A DNA stretch of 64,000 bases from assembly GCA_964016885.1 (NCBI GenBank), contig OZ024744.1, forward strand, positions 44,826,001 to 44,890,000, in the 5' to 3' direction. Below, one piece after another: positions 51,901-64,000 of this stretch. The notes under the pieces are model-generated. The model was not told the origin of the DNA, did not search any database, and was given only the letters and a program-made list of their open reading frames with translations. The position numbers were made by a program, and so were the translations under genes. Each line of letters opens with the position of its first letter. The first letter of the stretch is position 1. This DNA is from Eledone cirrhosa (lineage: Eukaryota).

Positions 51901-54790
51901 TTGACTACGCATGTCACTAATTTGTGATCCGTGTAGCCAACCGTGCGCATTTCTGGACAGCTTAATATGTCCCTATCCTTACTTCTAACTAAGAATCTAT
52001 CTAAGTACGATCTAGATTGACCACTGTGGTTTCTCCAAGTCCAGGTAGGCACAGTTGGAAAATCTAGTCGATATCTATCGACCAAGTTAAAACGGTCGAG
52101 TAACCCCTTGAGGCTGTTACCCCCCCCCCCCCCACCCCTCTATTAGGACATGCTCCTGCATAGTCCCAACGTGCATCTAGGATGTCATTCCAATCCCCCG
52201 CTAGAAGCAGGGAACGCGAGGTTCCCAGAAAAGTCTCCAAACGCTGGAAGAAGTCGGGCCGTTCAGCTCCGAAAGGGGAGTAGACGGTGACCAGTCTCAA
52301 GGCCGCACCTTCATTACTGCCAACGTCTAGCACCAAGAAATGACCCTCCGGGTCCGAGTGCACAACCTGTACGGCAAGACCCAGGTGTTTTTGCAGCAGT
52401 ACGACAACCCACCCCCACCTCCAGGTTGACAGAGAGATGCATGCACCTCAAAGTCATCGAAGGTAGGGGCCAGCTGCCGCACGACGCTGATTCGAGTCTC
52501 ACAGATAACCATTACATTTATACCACATGACCTGAGGTCATTTAGAAGCTTTGCTTGCTTCCAAGTTGAGCCCAGGCCACGTGCATTCAAACATCCTACT
52601 CTTAACACATCCATGTGGGCGGCAGAGCCAAAGGAGAGTGTAGAAACCTACCTTTCCGCTTCCCGGGGTTCGGGTCGCACGACTTCCATGGGGTCGGGGG
52701 TGTTGGGTGAAGGGGTGTCTTTTGGTGGTGTGGGGTCGTCAGTGTGTGGTGGGGTTGGGGTGTTTGGAGTTGTGATGAGGAGGGGAAGGGGAGGGGGAAA
52801 GCTTTTTAGTAGGACGCGGTTTATGGGTTTGACAGAGGGTGGTCCTACGTCCTCCTTAAAAGCCTTTTTTAGTTTTTGGTAGAGGTTCATTGGGATCTTT
52901 ATTAATTTTAAATGTGGGTAGTTTTCTGAAGAAACAAAGTTTACACCTTCGGTTTGTACCGAAGGGTTATTGTATATGAGTTCATTTAATTTATTATTGT
53001 TTCTGTTGATGTAAGTATAGTGTAATGTCTTTTTTTCGGATGGTGTGAGTGTTTCGAAGAGGGGAGGGGCAGGTTTGGTTTTGTTTGTTGCTGGAGGGGT
53101 GTTTTCTGTTTTGTTGGATTGTGTTGACATTTGGGTGGGGGTTGTTTGGCCTTGTGTGTTTTGCACATGTTTTCTTTTTTTCCTTTTAATCTGTCTGAAG
53201 GACTCCGTTTCTTCCTCCGAATTCGTTGGGTTATCTTCAGTGTTGGAGGGAAGAGGTATGTTTGCTGGTAATGTTTCCGTGTTGGTTTTCTTTGTGGGGG
53301 AGATGGATGTCACTATGTTAGACTGTGTTGTGTGTTGTGTCTGCGGTGGTTGTGTTGTTTTATTGAGTGAGGGGTTGGGTGGGCCTGTATTTTATTTTGG
53401 GGTAATGTGTTGTGACTGTTTGTGTTGTGGTGGTGGTGTAGTTTTACTGAGGGACGGGTTGGGTGGGACTGAGTTTTGTTGTTTGTTTATCTGTTGTGGT
53501 GGTGGTGGTGGTGGAGCTGGTGTTGGTAGCAGGGTTTTCTTTTTGTTGAGTTGGGGACAAGCGGCCTTCAGGTACCCTCTGCCTGCACAGATATGACAGG
53601 ACGGCCTTCTCCCCTCCACGCTAATGTTTATATACACGTGGCCCTCTAATAGGATTCTGTCGGGTATTTGGGCGATGCGTTCAGGCTTCATTTGCACTAC
53701 CAGCTCTATACCTGTTCCACTGAACGCATTGCCTGTGGTTTTCTCAATGGAAATCACGTTGTCATTCACTGGATCGATGAAGCCAGCTATGAGCCAGCAG
53801 TAGTCCACATCTGGCATCATTGCATCCAGCCATATGCGTTGAGTTCTTTTACCCATATAAGATGGATAAAAGGTAACATTTTTCGAACGAATAGGTGACA
53901 AAGCACATTTTTTTGCCGCCGATTCGTTCTTCATAATAATTGCTAGGCTTCCATACAGTCTGTCTTTTCTTATGAAAGTGGTTTCATTAAGTACTTCTGT
54001 GAGTACTGTTTTGATATCTGCTTGAGTTGGCTGTTCAGGTTTTTTTGAAGTGTTGTTGATGGTGCGGAACACGACCGTTCGACTTTCAATGTCTTTGGTG
54101 AGTTCTTGAGGCATTTTTACCGATAAAATACCATTCTCTCCTTCACTTATGTATTGTTTGGCGTCTGTGATTCTTCGTGCCACATCTGAAATATGTTCAG
54201 GTATATATGTCAAAGATTTCTTTGTTGTTTGTGCAAATGAAATCTTGTTGACTTTGTCGTCTGCTTTGCTTTCTGTTATGATGTTGTTTTCAAATGTTAT
54301 TTTTGTGTTTGTTGTGTCTTTGTTTGTGGTATTAATATTGTCATGCAATTTTTCAAATTTTTTTTTTTCGTTGTTGGAATCCATGTCCAGATTTGTGTTT
54401 TCGTCATTTTTCTCCGCAGATTCGTCTGTTTTTATTTTATTTTTTCCTTCCTTCTATATGACGTTAGTTGGGAAGGAAGGGGGGGGACTAAAGTGTGCGA
54501 GCTTACAACTCTTACCGCTGTCCCCCCACCACTATTTTCGTTCGCTTCGTTTAACATTTCTGTCAGACGATTGAAATTTTTTTGCCACAAAATTTTTTTA
54601 AACAGGTTTTTCACCTCTAGGAGGGGTAAAGATGAGCTGACCCACCGCCTGACAGTTCAGACGGGGGGTCAAGCTACACAATAGTATCAAAATTAAATTT
54701 GAAATTACAAAATTTCCGCAATAAATTTGAACAAAACTTCTGCGCGAAGTGAATTACATCCACACTGTAGAACAGACGACAGCTAGATTA
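48951..54790 (-). mobile_element. Full-length L1/Tx1-like LINE family B (disrupted), flanked by (TAGA)n on both sides
   Basis: ORF1 pieces 54384-52648 contain CHICAGRGYLKAAC. ORF2 pieces 52614-49168 contain LNARGL, GDWN, TDH, DQSKAFD, QGCPLS and YADD. 3' end is aataaagaaatc-(tatc)n. Confidence 0.93.
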
Positions 54791-54792
54791 TT

Positions 54793-54836
<44 letters not shown>

Positions 54837-54840
54837 ATAT

Positions 54841-54947
<107 letters not shown>

Positions 54948-55191
54948 TATACATACATATATATATTCCTGATTTCATTTGTTTGGTTGAGTTGCTTACA
55001 TTGGTGTGTGAGCTATCTCAGCATTCCGCCAAACCCGCAGCTATCCATCAACTGCTACAATGTTGTGGCAGCCACTAAAACAACGTCTGTGGTGTACAAT
55101 TCTGACTTTGACTTCTCTGTGGATAGTTATTAACTTGACCTTCTAATGAGGGACTCCGTCCTAACTTTGCTAATTATCATTTATATAAATG

Positions 55192-56090
55192 ACTAGCAGT
55201 GGTACCCGGGATAAGGTATTTTGGAACGTGGGCCGCCAGCAGACCTAATCGTGGAAAAACTGCATGCCTGGACAATATGTAAAGCAAATAAACCGAATAC
55301 TCATAGGGCTGGATAATCTTTAAGATTTTCCTCGATGAAGCAGGAAAAATGCAGGTTTTCACCTAATGCGGGCCCTAGGGGATCAAGAAAATAATTTTTT
55401 TTAATGTGCATAATATGCCTTGAAATTTCGGGAAAATCGGCTAGACGTAACGCCTCAAAAAAACCCTAAAAAGCTGAAAAATGAAGGCCATAACAAAGTT
55501 GGATTTTCTTTGTTCACGGTATAAAAAAGAGACTGACTAATACATAGTTACAATTTCAAGGAAATCGGTCTGACGTAACGCCTCTAATAACCTTTAAAAG
55601 CCTGAAAAAACGCAGTTTTTCACCTAATGCGGGCCCTAGAAGATTAAAAAATTGAATTTTTTTATGTGCATAACACTCCCTGAAACAAGTAATACACATG
55701 TAAAGTTTGAAAAGAATCGGTTGGGTACTTCTGGAGTTTTAGGGATTTAAACTCACACACACACACAGACAGACATCCTCAGGGAAGTGACGTAATGCAG
55801 ACAGCCAGATATACAGACAGATATTATAAGGGCGCGACGTTGTATGTATGTATCTATCTAAAAAGAGAAAGACTAAGAATTATAGAGAGAGATCGCTAAA
55901 TCGCCTAATGCATTGAAACTTTGCCTAAGGGCATTGAAACTTTGAAATTGTTTTTGCTTAGAACACTCCCTGACCATAAGTATTACATGTGTAAAGTTTG
56001 AAAACAGTCGGTTGGATGGTTCTCGAGATTTTGTGGATTCAAACTCACATACACACACAGACAGACATCCTCAGTTTTATATATAGAGAT
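55192..56090 (+). mobile_element. Non-autonomous Helitron-like element with internal duplications
   Basis: 5' actagcagtggtacccggg; 3' cagacagacatcctcagttttatatatagagat; duplicated blocks 55350/55612 and 55697/55985. Confidence 0.6.
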
Positions 56091-56384
56091 AATTTGTAAG
56101 TTTTATATATAGAGATAATTTGTAAGTATTTTTCGTGTCTTGAAACCGCGCAGTATAGGCATGAAAATTAATGATTTACTGACGTAATATAATTATATAG
56201 GTAATATACTGTTTACCTAGTAAACTGTATAAAAGCCTGCTGCCTCTATTTTTTCGCCTGTTTTATGTTGCATGCTGCATGATAAGTATTGTCTCCATAA
56301 TATTATCGTTTAAGAGCAAGCTCCAATTAAGGTATTTTTGCACCTGATTTAATTTAGTGGTTTGGTGCAACTCTGTCAGAATTA

Positions 56385-56625
56385 TCATACGATTGTCAGT
56401 TAAAAAGTTCATTGACTGATGTAGATACTTTCATGGAATGGGACTGAACGAGGTTTATCTTTCAACATTGTTTCCCCTTGCGGCCCACGCACTCCTTCCA
56501 TTGGTTCTAGAGTGCTTGAATCCCATTGATGAAAAAGCTTTCATAGCAGATATGACGCCATCATCATTGCGACGCTTGGTTCCCTGTTAGGGACCAGATG
56601 ATAGTCAGATGGGGCAACATCGAAA
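56385..56625 (-). mobile_element. Mariner-like transposase C-terminal remnant
   Basis: The minus strand of 56462-56525 reads GIQAL*NQWKECVGRKG..VE, resembling the mariner end motif (GI..L..RW.KC....GDY.E). Confidence 0.55.
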
Positions 56626-56929
56626 GAATATTTATGTTATTTAAGTCGATTAACAGATTCTGAAGAGATCAATACAGCAGAATGAATATTCCTGTTGTAT
56701 TTAAACATTTGTAAATCAATTATACTTTAAAGAAATTTAATCCTGGTTGTTCATTTATACACACACACAGACACATACATACGTACATACACATACATAC
56801 ATACATACATACATACATACATACATACATACATACATACATACATACATACATACATACATACATACATACATACATACATACATACAATATTTAATTT
56901 TATATTTTAAATGTGCGCCTCACTCCGCT

Positions 56930-57270
56930 GGAGTGGTGATGTGTTAGTGTGGTATTAGTGGTATTGTGGTGTTGTGGTAATGTAGTGGTGTGGTGAGGTG
57001 GTAGTGTTGTGGTGTTGTGGACTGGTTGTATTGTGACATGGTAGAGTGGTAGAGTGGTAGAGTAGTGGAGCGATGGTGTGGTGCGGTTATTGCGAAGTGA
57101 TAGAATGATGGTATAGTGGTGTAGTCGTATAGTGGTGTTGTAGTGTAGTAGTGTGGTGAAGTGGTAGTGGTGTGGTGTTGTGGACTAATGGTGTGGTGGT
57201 ATTGTAACGTGGTACAGTGGTGGAATGGTGGAGTGGTATAGTGGTGGAGTGGTGTTGCGTTATGGTGTAA
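56930..57270. repeat. Degenerate (GTGGT/GTAGT)n low-complexity tract
   Basis: Visible directly. Confidence 0.8.
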
Positions 57271-57859
57271 GGCTTTGACTGTGACAAACTCACAGAGTTA
57301 TCTTCAATGAAAATTTAAGCTTATAGGTTAACACCTTACTTTAAGGGATTTTAGGTAGTTCAAATATTGAAAGTACTTGAAAGTGAGTGACAGAGAGAGG
57401 GAGAGAGAACTAGAGAAAGGGGGAAGAGGGAGAAGGGGAGAGAGAGAGAATGAGAGGGAAGAATGAGATGAGGAAAGTGAGAGGCAGGAGAAGAGGATCA
57501 GAATGAGAGAGATATGTGGAGAGAGAGGAAGAGATTATGAGAGAGAAAGAGTGAGTAAGAGTGAGAGTGAGAATATATGAAAGAGAGAAATAGAAATAAC
57601 AAGTTTAGGGGTGGGGTGATAATCTTGGAGTTCTATTGGATTTCACAGTTTTACCTGAAACATACATTTCTTTATTCTTTTCTTTCTATTTCTATTTTTT
57701 TTAGAAAGGATTATAATATTTTATACCTAAATATATAAGTGTACTCCTTTTCTTTCTTTCTTTCTTTCTTTCATTCATTCATCCTTTGTGTCTTTCTTTG
57801 TTTCTTTGTTTCTTTTCTTTTTTTATTTCAGTTTATCTTATTTTCTTTCTTTCTTTCCT

Positions 57860-58374
57860 TTGGCAGTATCGGTAGAGGGTCGGACGCCATGCTTTGACGC
57901 ATAGAGTTACGACCCTTGCCATTCTGAGTTCAAATCTCGCCGAGGTTAGCTTTGCCTTTCATCCTTATGCGGTCGATAAAATAAAGTACCAGTAATACAC
58001 TGGATCATTGCTGGCCTTGTGCCAAAAGTAGAATCAATTATTTATTTATTTATTTATCTAAACCTAAACCTCAATTGCAAAAAGAAATGAAATGGAAAAT
58101 AAAGCGATTAAAATACAAAAAAGAAAAGAAAACAAAAAAAACCCTCGATTATTATTATTATTGGCAGTATCGATGGAGCGTCAGACGATAAGCTTTCAGC
58201 ATAGAGTTGCTGCCCTTTACGTTCTTAGTTCAATCCCACCTAGGTTAACTTTGTCTTCCATCCTTACGGAGTCGATAAAATAAAGTACCAGTAATTCACT
58301 GGAGTTGATTTAATCAACGTTCCCCTCTCCTTTGCTGGCCTTGTGCCTAAAATAGAAACAATTATTATTATTAT
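57860..58374 (+). mobile_element. Two tRNA-type SINE copies (57860-58045, 58160-58374)
   Basis: Both match the SINE consensus. Confidence 0.88.
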
Positions 58375-58499
58375 CATGCCCTCCCTCAGGATTGATCTTA
58401 ATTCCTAGTTTAGTCAAGATAGTAGACCACGTCAAGTGGTCTTAGCTATCATCACGCTGTGTCTTTCTTTACAGTTTATATTTAATACCTTTCGTATTT

Positions 58500-59155
58500 T
58501 CCCAGTTGTTCTAAGAAAACAAGGTTTCTGTAACATTTCCACTGTAAGATTCAATTCTAGTATTTTTATATCAATTTATGAAAATTCTTTGTGATCGACC
58601 CTAAGGTTCCAACGATTTCTGGTATCACTTCTGCCTTTTTCATATTCCATTAGTTAGAAATGTTATACTTCAGGAGCCCGTAATTCGTGCACCTTTCTTC
58701 TTCTTTTCCATCTATGGACAAGGTGGGTCTATCAACTGACATTATTGTTATTATCATTATGAATTGATATCTCAGTCATTGATGTTATTTAACCGAAAAT
58801 TTTACCCTAACGAACATTAAACCGCAACCTGGAGCCTCAGAGTTTCAAAACGTATCGGAGTGTCCTTGTTGTTTCCAGTAGGCATGGCGTTTGAATTATT
58901 CCAAAAAGCGGGGTTGTGCTGGTTCTTTAACCAGCCTTGGTTGCTCTTCGCAATATTACATAGTCTCAAATCCGTTTCAGTTCCAACTTTAGATCCTCGT
59001 ACCAAGCAAGATCTTGTTTCCTAGTCAAAGACCACCAGATCAGGCCTATCGTGTTCTAATTCTTTATCTGTTTGTAACCTGAAAAACCACTAAACCTTCA
59101 CTCGATCGTTTTCTATCATCGATTTGGGATTATGCTCCTACCATTCCTCATGATA
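58500..59155 (-). mobile_element. Degraded RLE-domain fragments
   Basis: The minus strand reads W*EHNPKSMIENDRVKV..QTDKELEHDRPDLVVFD and W.MKKAEVIPEIVGTLG. Confidence 0.65.
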
Positions 59156-59194
59156 TCTCCAAAGTCTCATGAATTCTCCAAAGTCTCATGAAAC

Positions 59195-60570
59195 TGATTA
59201 AGCAGTTCCAAATGTCTGACAGGTGCCGACTAGATTTCCCGAATGCGCCAGTGCGGGCATGGACCTAACGCATTGGATCATCTAGATCGTACGTATATAT
59301 AGGTATTTCATTCGGGGAGCTGATGGGGATTAGATGGGGTGTCCACAACTCCAAATGGTCAACAATTCAGACCAAAATTCGTGATCTACATGGTCGACCT
59401 TTATAAAACATGTAGACAGGGACCTGGTTACAGGAAGCTTAACGCCTCATTCTCAGCGCATAATGCTTATAGAGACCAGGTTGGACTTTAGTTGAGCTTA
59501 AGTTGACAGAGGGTGTCGTCAACAACAGAGCCTCTACTGCACAAAAAAGAAACGTTGTGAGGCAACCCACTCTAACTAGGGTATGAAAGATGTGTGTCAG
59601 CTTATGTCGACGACGTCACCGTTGTTGTGTCCAGAATCAAACACATTGATGTGATCTGCACTGATATAAGAAAATACGAGCCAGCGGCTCGGCACATGGA
59701 GAGGCAGGTCCATACTGTCCAACGGCGTCGTCGGACGCTGGAAGGACGGACCTGTTAAATTGCTCGGGATCTGATTTGGTCAAGACCGCCAGACGGATGA
59801 AGACTTGGACGAGATGACGAGTAGGGTGGTACTCTCACCTAGAAACGGTCTAAGAAGAAGCTATCCCTGAAAGGTCGAGAAGGAGTGGCGAACGAGTACA
59901 TCGCGTCCGTCATTTACTACCACCTGACCGTCGTGCCTTATCCAAAGCCTCGTCTAACTGCACTGGAGCGTTTGCCCTTTCGCTTTTTGCGGAAGGCACG
60001 CGCTCCGATGGCTCGGTTGTCTATTTGCTGTCAATACCATCTACGTGTAGAACTGAGAATGTGTCTGATGATGCATAGACAAACCCAACAGAGGTTCCAA
60101 AGTGGATGACAACTAGCATAACGTATCATCTACCGAAGAATGAATGCACCGAATATTCCTAAATCTACAGACCAATTATATATCTCCCAATGATGTACAG
60201 AGTCCTCACATTAGTGATTACCAACAGGGTCTACAATTACCTCGTCTGTGGTTATCGATTTCTGTAGATTAGGCCCTGGACCGAAAATTTTCTGGAAGAG
60301 AATGGTTAGTTTTCCACAGACGTCGTGGCTTTTACCCATCAATAACCCTCTATATAAAGCCAAGCGGGAGTTTCCACCAATCGTAGTGCCTGATTGGCTG
60401 AGAACTGTGAGCGTCTGAAGACATTCTAGCTCCCAAACGCTCCTCCTAAGTTTCCGCTTGTTCCAGGACTGTATCTTTGTCAAAGAGTCAAGCTGGAGAA
60501 AAAGGTGCTAAGCGAATGCCGACTACACTTGTTCACCGTTCAAGAAAAGCTGAAGGTGTTGTGGCATTAG
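59195..60570. mobile_element. Heavily deleted Tx1-like ORF2 fragments (+ 59195-60080; - 60265-60570)
   Basis: Nucleotide and peptide similarity to 36490-38900 (YIASVIYYHLTVVPYPKPRLTALERL; IGGNSRLALYRGL). Confidence 0.8.
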
Positions 60571-60900
60571 CGCCCGACGCATGCGGTCAAGCCGTTGAAG
60601 TGAAAAACACGCAAAATTCGGCCAGAAGTAAAACCTGGTTATTATAAATTTGTTGATCATGCCATTAAAAATAGCAGCGCGATACAACGTTTGTGCTCTA
60701 CATAAGGAGAAAAATCATAAAAGGGTATGGATATTCCAACAGGCACTAGGTACCTAAGGAATATTCAAGGTGTTTATAATAGTTGTGGTTCGATGGTACT
60801 AATTTGTGATACCAGAACTATAAAAATGAGCGGAGCAAGCAATTATCAAACAATCTTTTAAATACATTAAAATACGATTCAAATATTCACCTGTTCTATT

Positions 60901-60980
60901 GCTGTTACCGACGGTTTCACTAATCCAAAGATTGGAAATCCACAGAATTTCCAATGGAAAGAATTAAATCTTCAGACAGA
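60901..60980 (-). ncRNA. Type I hammerhead ribozyme, monomer 1
   Basis: Reverse complement: tCTGT-CTGAAGA-TTTAATTC...GGATTAGT-GAAAC-CGTCG-GTA-ACAGc. Confidence 0.78.
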
Positions 60981-61363
60981 TTATTTCCATACCATAAGGG
61001 TGCAAATCTCATAGTAAGTCAATATTTCGCTTCCTGCCCGACGTATGCGGTCAAGCCGTTAAAGTGACACACACGCAAAATTACCCCACAAGTAGAACCT
61101 GGTTATTATAAACTTGTTGATCATGCCACTAAAAATAGCAGCGCGATACGTTTTGTTCTCTACATAAAGAGAAAAATCATAAAAGGGTATGGATATTCCA
61201 ACAGGCACTAGGTACCTATAGAAATATGCAAGGTGTTTATAAAAGTTAGGGTTCGATGGTACTAATTTGAGATACCGGAACTACAAAAATGTGAGGAGCA
61301 AGTAGTTATCAAACAGTCTATTAAATAAATTAAAAAACGATTTAAATGTTCACCTGTTCTATT

Positions 61364-61442
61364 GCTGTTACCGACGGTTTCACTAATCCAAATATTGGAA
61401 ATCCATAGAATTTCCAATGGAAAAATTAGATCTTCAGACAGC
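61364..61442 (-). ncRNA. Type I hammerhead ribozyme, monomer 2
   Basis: Reverse complement: GCTGT-CTGAAGA-TCTAATT...GATTAGT-GAAAC-CGTCG-GTA-ACAGC. Stem I is perfect and the core is intact. Confidence 0.82.
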
Positions 61443-61827
61443 TTATTTCCATACCATAAAGGTGCAAATCTCATAGTAAGTCAATATTTGGCTTCCTGCC
61501 CGACGCATGCGGTCAAGCTGTTAAAGTGCCACACACGCAAAATTCGGCCACAAGTAAAACCTGGTTATTATAAACTTGTTGATCATGCCACTAAAAATAG
61601 CAGCGCGATACAACGTTTTGTTCTCTACATAAGGAGAAAAATCATAAAAGGTATGGATATTCCAACAGGCACTAGGTATCTATAGAAATATGCAAGGTGT
61701 TTATAATAGTTGTGGTTCGATGGTACTTATTTGAAATACCAGAACTATAAAAATGAGCTGAGCAAGCAATTATCAAACAATCTTTTAAATAAATTAAAAA
61801 ACGATTTAAATATTCACCTGTTCTAAT

Positions 61828-61907
61828 GCTGTTACCGACGGTTTCACTAATCCAAAGATTGGAAATCCAGAGAATTTCCAATGGAAAGAATTATATCTTC
61901 AGACAGC
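61828..61907 (-). ncRNA. Type I hammerhead ribozyme, monomer 3
   Basis: Reverse complement: GCTGT-CTGAAGA-TATAATTC...GGATTAGT-GAAAC-CGTCG-GTA-ACAGC. Confidence 0.8.
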
Positions 61908-62320
61908 TTATTTCCATACCATAAGAGTGCAAATCTCATAGTAAGTCAATATTTCGCCTCCTGCCCGACGCAAGCGGTCAAGCCATTAAAGTGACACACA
62001 CACTCCGCTCATTTTTGTAGTTCTGGTATCTCAAATTAGTACTATCGAACCACAACTATTATAAACACCTTGCATATTTCTATAGGTACTTAGTGCCTGT
62101 TGGAATATCCATACCCTTTTATGATCTTTCTCCTTATGTAGAGAACAAAACGTATCGCGCTGCTATTTTTAGTGGCATGATCAACAAGTTTATATTAAAC
62201 AGCTTTTACTTGTAGCCTAATTTTGCGTGTGTATCACTTTAACAGCTTGACCGCATGCGTCGGGCACGAAGCGAAATATTGACTTACTATGAGATTTGCA
62301 CCCTTATCATATGGAAATAA

Positions 62321-62399
62321 GCTGTCTAAAGGTCTAATTCTTTCCATTGCAAATTCTCTGTTTTCCAATCTTTGGATTAGTGAAACTGTCGGTAACAGC
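62321..62399 (+). ncRNA. Degenerate hammerhead in the inverted monomer
   Basis: GCTGT-CTAAAGG (core mutated)...GAAAC-TGTCG-GTA-ACAGC. Confidence 0.6.
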
Positions 62400-62596
62400 A
62401 ATAGAACAGGTGAATATTTAAATCGTTTTTTAATTTATTTAAAAGATTGTTTGATAATTGCTTGCTCCGCTCATTTATATATATTTATATATATATATAT
62501 ATATATTATTCAAAATATTAATAAATGAAGATGTTCCCATAATCAAAATATATGTATATATATATATATATATAAATATATATATATATGTGTGTT

Positions 62597-62708
<112 letters not shown>

Positions 62709-62837
62709 TACATATATCGACAGATGACAGTCGATCAACAAGATCCCAGACGTCCCGATCTGGGAATCGAAATCACAACCTCATGATTGCGAATCCATAC
62801 ATCAATGTATTTGTGAGTGAATAATGATAATATTATA

Positions 62838-63592
62838 ATAATTGTTTCTACTTTTGGCACAAGGCCAGTAATTACCCAGTACATTACTGGTACTTTATTT
62901 TATCGACCCCGTAAGGATGAAAGGCAAAGATAACCTCGGTAGAATTTGAACTCATCGGTAGAGGGTCAGACGGTTTGTAGCATAGTTACGTCCCTTGCCA
63001 TTCTGAGTCCAAATCCCGCCGAGGTTAACTTTGCCTTTCATACTTACGGGGTCGATAAAATAAAATACCAGTCACGCACTGGGGTCAATTTCATCGACTT
63101 TTCCCTCCCCCCCAAAAAAATTGCTGGCCTTTTGCCTATATAAGAAACCATTATTATTATTAAAGGGCGTTGGATTGGCAGTAGCGGTAGAGAGTCGGAC
63201 ACCATGCTTTTCAGCATAGAGTTACGGCCCTTTACGGTCTGAGTTAAAATCCCGCCGAGGTTAACTTTGCCTCCCATCCTTCCGGGGTCGATGAAATAAA
63301 GCACCAGTAATGCACTGGGGTCGATTTAATCGACTTTTCCCCCTCCCCTTCAAATTACTGGCCTTGTGCCTAAAGTATAAATCATTATTATTGGCATTGT
63401 CGGTGGATTGGCAGTATCGGTAGAGGGTCGGACGCTATGCTTTGACGTATATAGTTACGGCCCTTGCCATTCTGAGTTCAAATCCCGCCGAGGTTAACTT
63501 TGCCTTTCATCCTTACGGGATCGATAAAATAAAGTACCAGTAATGCACTGGGTAATTGCTGGCCTTGTGCCAAAAGTAGAAACAATTTTTAT
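62838..63592. mobile_element. SINE cluster: one minus-strand 3' half (62838-62945) and three tandem plus-strand copies (62954-63160, 63163-63390, 63400-63592)
   Basis: The SINE consensus is repeated, with ttatt tails. Confidence 0.88.
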
Positions 63593-64000
63593 TGGGCTTC
63601 TCGGACGTCTGTTTGCTCGCTCTCGTAAATCTCTTTATTTACCTGTCATAAATCATTTATTGTTAAATGTTATTGTTGTGTAAGGGATATAAGTGAAGGG
63701 AAAAGTTTAATTTTGGGGCCTTTTGTCCCAAATATTTGAACTTGTTACTTTTAAAAATTATCGAAAAGTAAACATGGTTGAGCCGCGTCCCCCCGTGATG
63801 TCTGCTGTCGTGTGACATGTCTGCTGTTGTGTGACAACGACGTAAAAGTTGAGAGGAGGGTTACGGCGAACACAGAAATTGATACAAGCACCACCACAAA
63901 TAACGTGAACAAAGACAGCAATGACAACAACACAGAACACTAATTTTGAAAAAAAAACCACACCAACCTCAACAGTAACAGGGACAACCAAGATGCAGAC
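63593..64000 (+). mobile_element. Probable 5' UTR and ORF1 start of another Tx1-like LINE, cut by the window edge
   Basis: ttggggccttttgtcccaaatatttgaactt resembles the 5' UTR at 33891-33920. It is followed by AC-rich, ORF1-like sequence and sits directly behind a SINE tail. Confidence 0.45.

Larger units (their letters stand above)
60572..62478. mobile_element. Retrozyme-like array (family B): three tandem ~463-nt monomers (ribozyme on - strand) plus one inverted monomer (62003-62478)
   Basis: Period is 463/464 nt with one hammerhead motif per monomer. The array ends in (TA)n. Confidence 0.85.

Noticed and set aside
61262-61881. Short ORFs in the 463-nt repeat
   Set aside because: Frames are not preserved between monomers and there is no recognisable domain; the conserved feature is the RNA motif.

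Overview
This is a repeat-saturated animal genomic window with no recognisable host protein-coding gene. The SINE, the microsatellite load and the TE set suggest a cephalopod or other mollusc (inference). It contains: (i) three near-full-length L1/Tx1-type LINEs (APE-RT-Zn, ORF1 with a CCHC knuckle), one with an almost intact 1120-aa ORF2, plus fragments; (ii) two Penelope-like elements (RT + GIY-YIG) with inverted-repeat architecture; (iii) fragments of RLE-type, CRE-like and RTE LINEs; (iv) about 11 copies of a tRNA-type SINE; (v) Helitron-like non-autonomous elements and a mariner remnant. The most notable signal is non-coding. At least two unrelated tandem-repeat families carry one type I hammerhead ribozyme motif per monomer: about 463 nt at 60.6-62.5 kb and about 512 nt at 2.8-3.6 kb. 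This is the architecture of non-LTR retrozymes, and they lie in the same window as Penelope-like elements whose terminal repeats hold a degenerate hammerhead. The Tx1-like families also appear to associate with different microsatellites ((TTA)n vs (TATC)n) and share a 3' tail motif with the SINE. All coordinates were read by eye; no alignments or searches were run.
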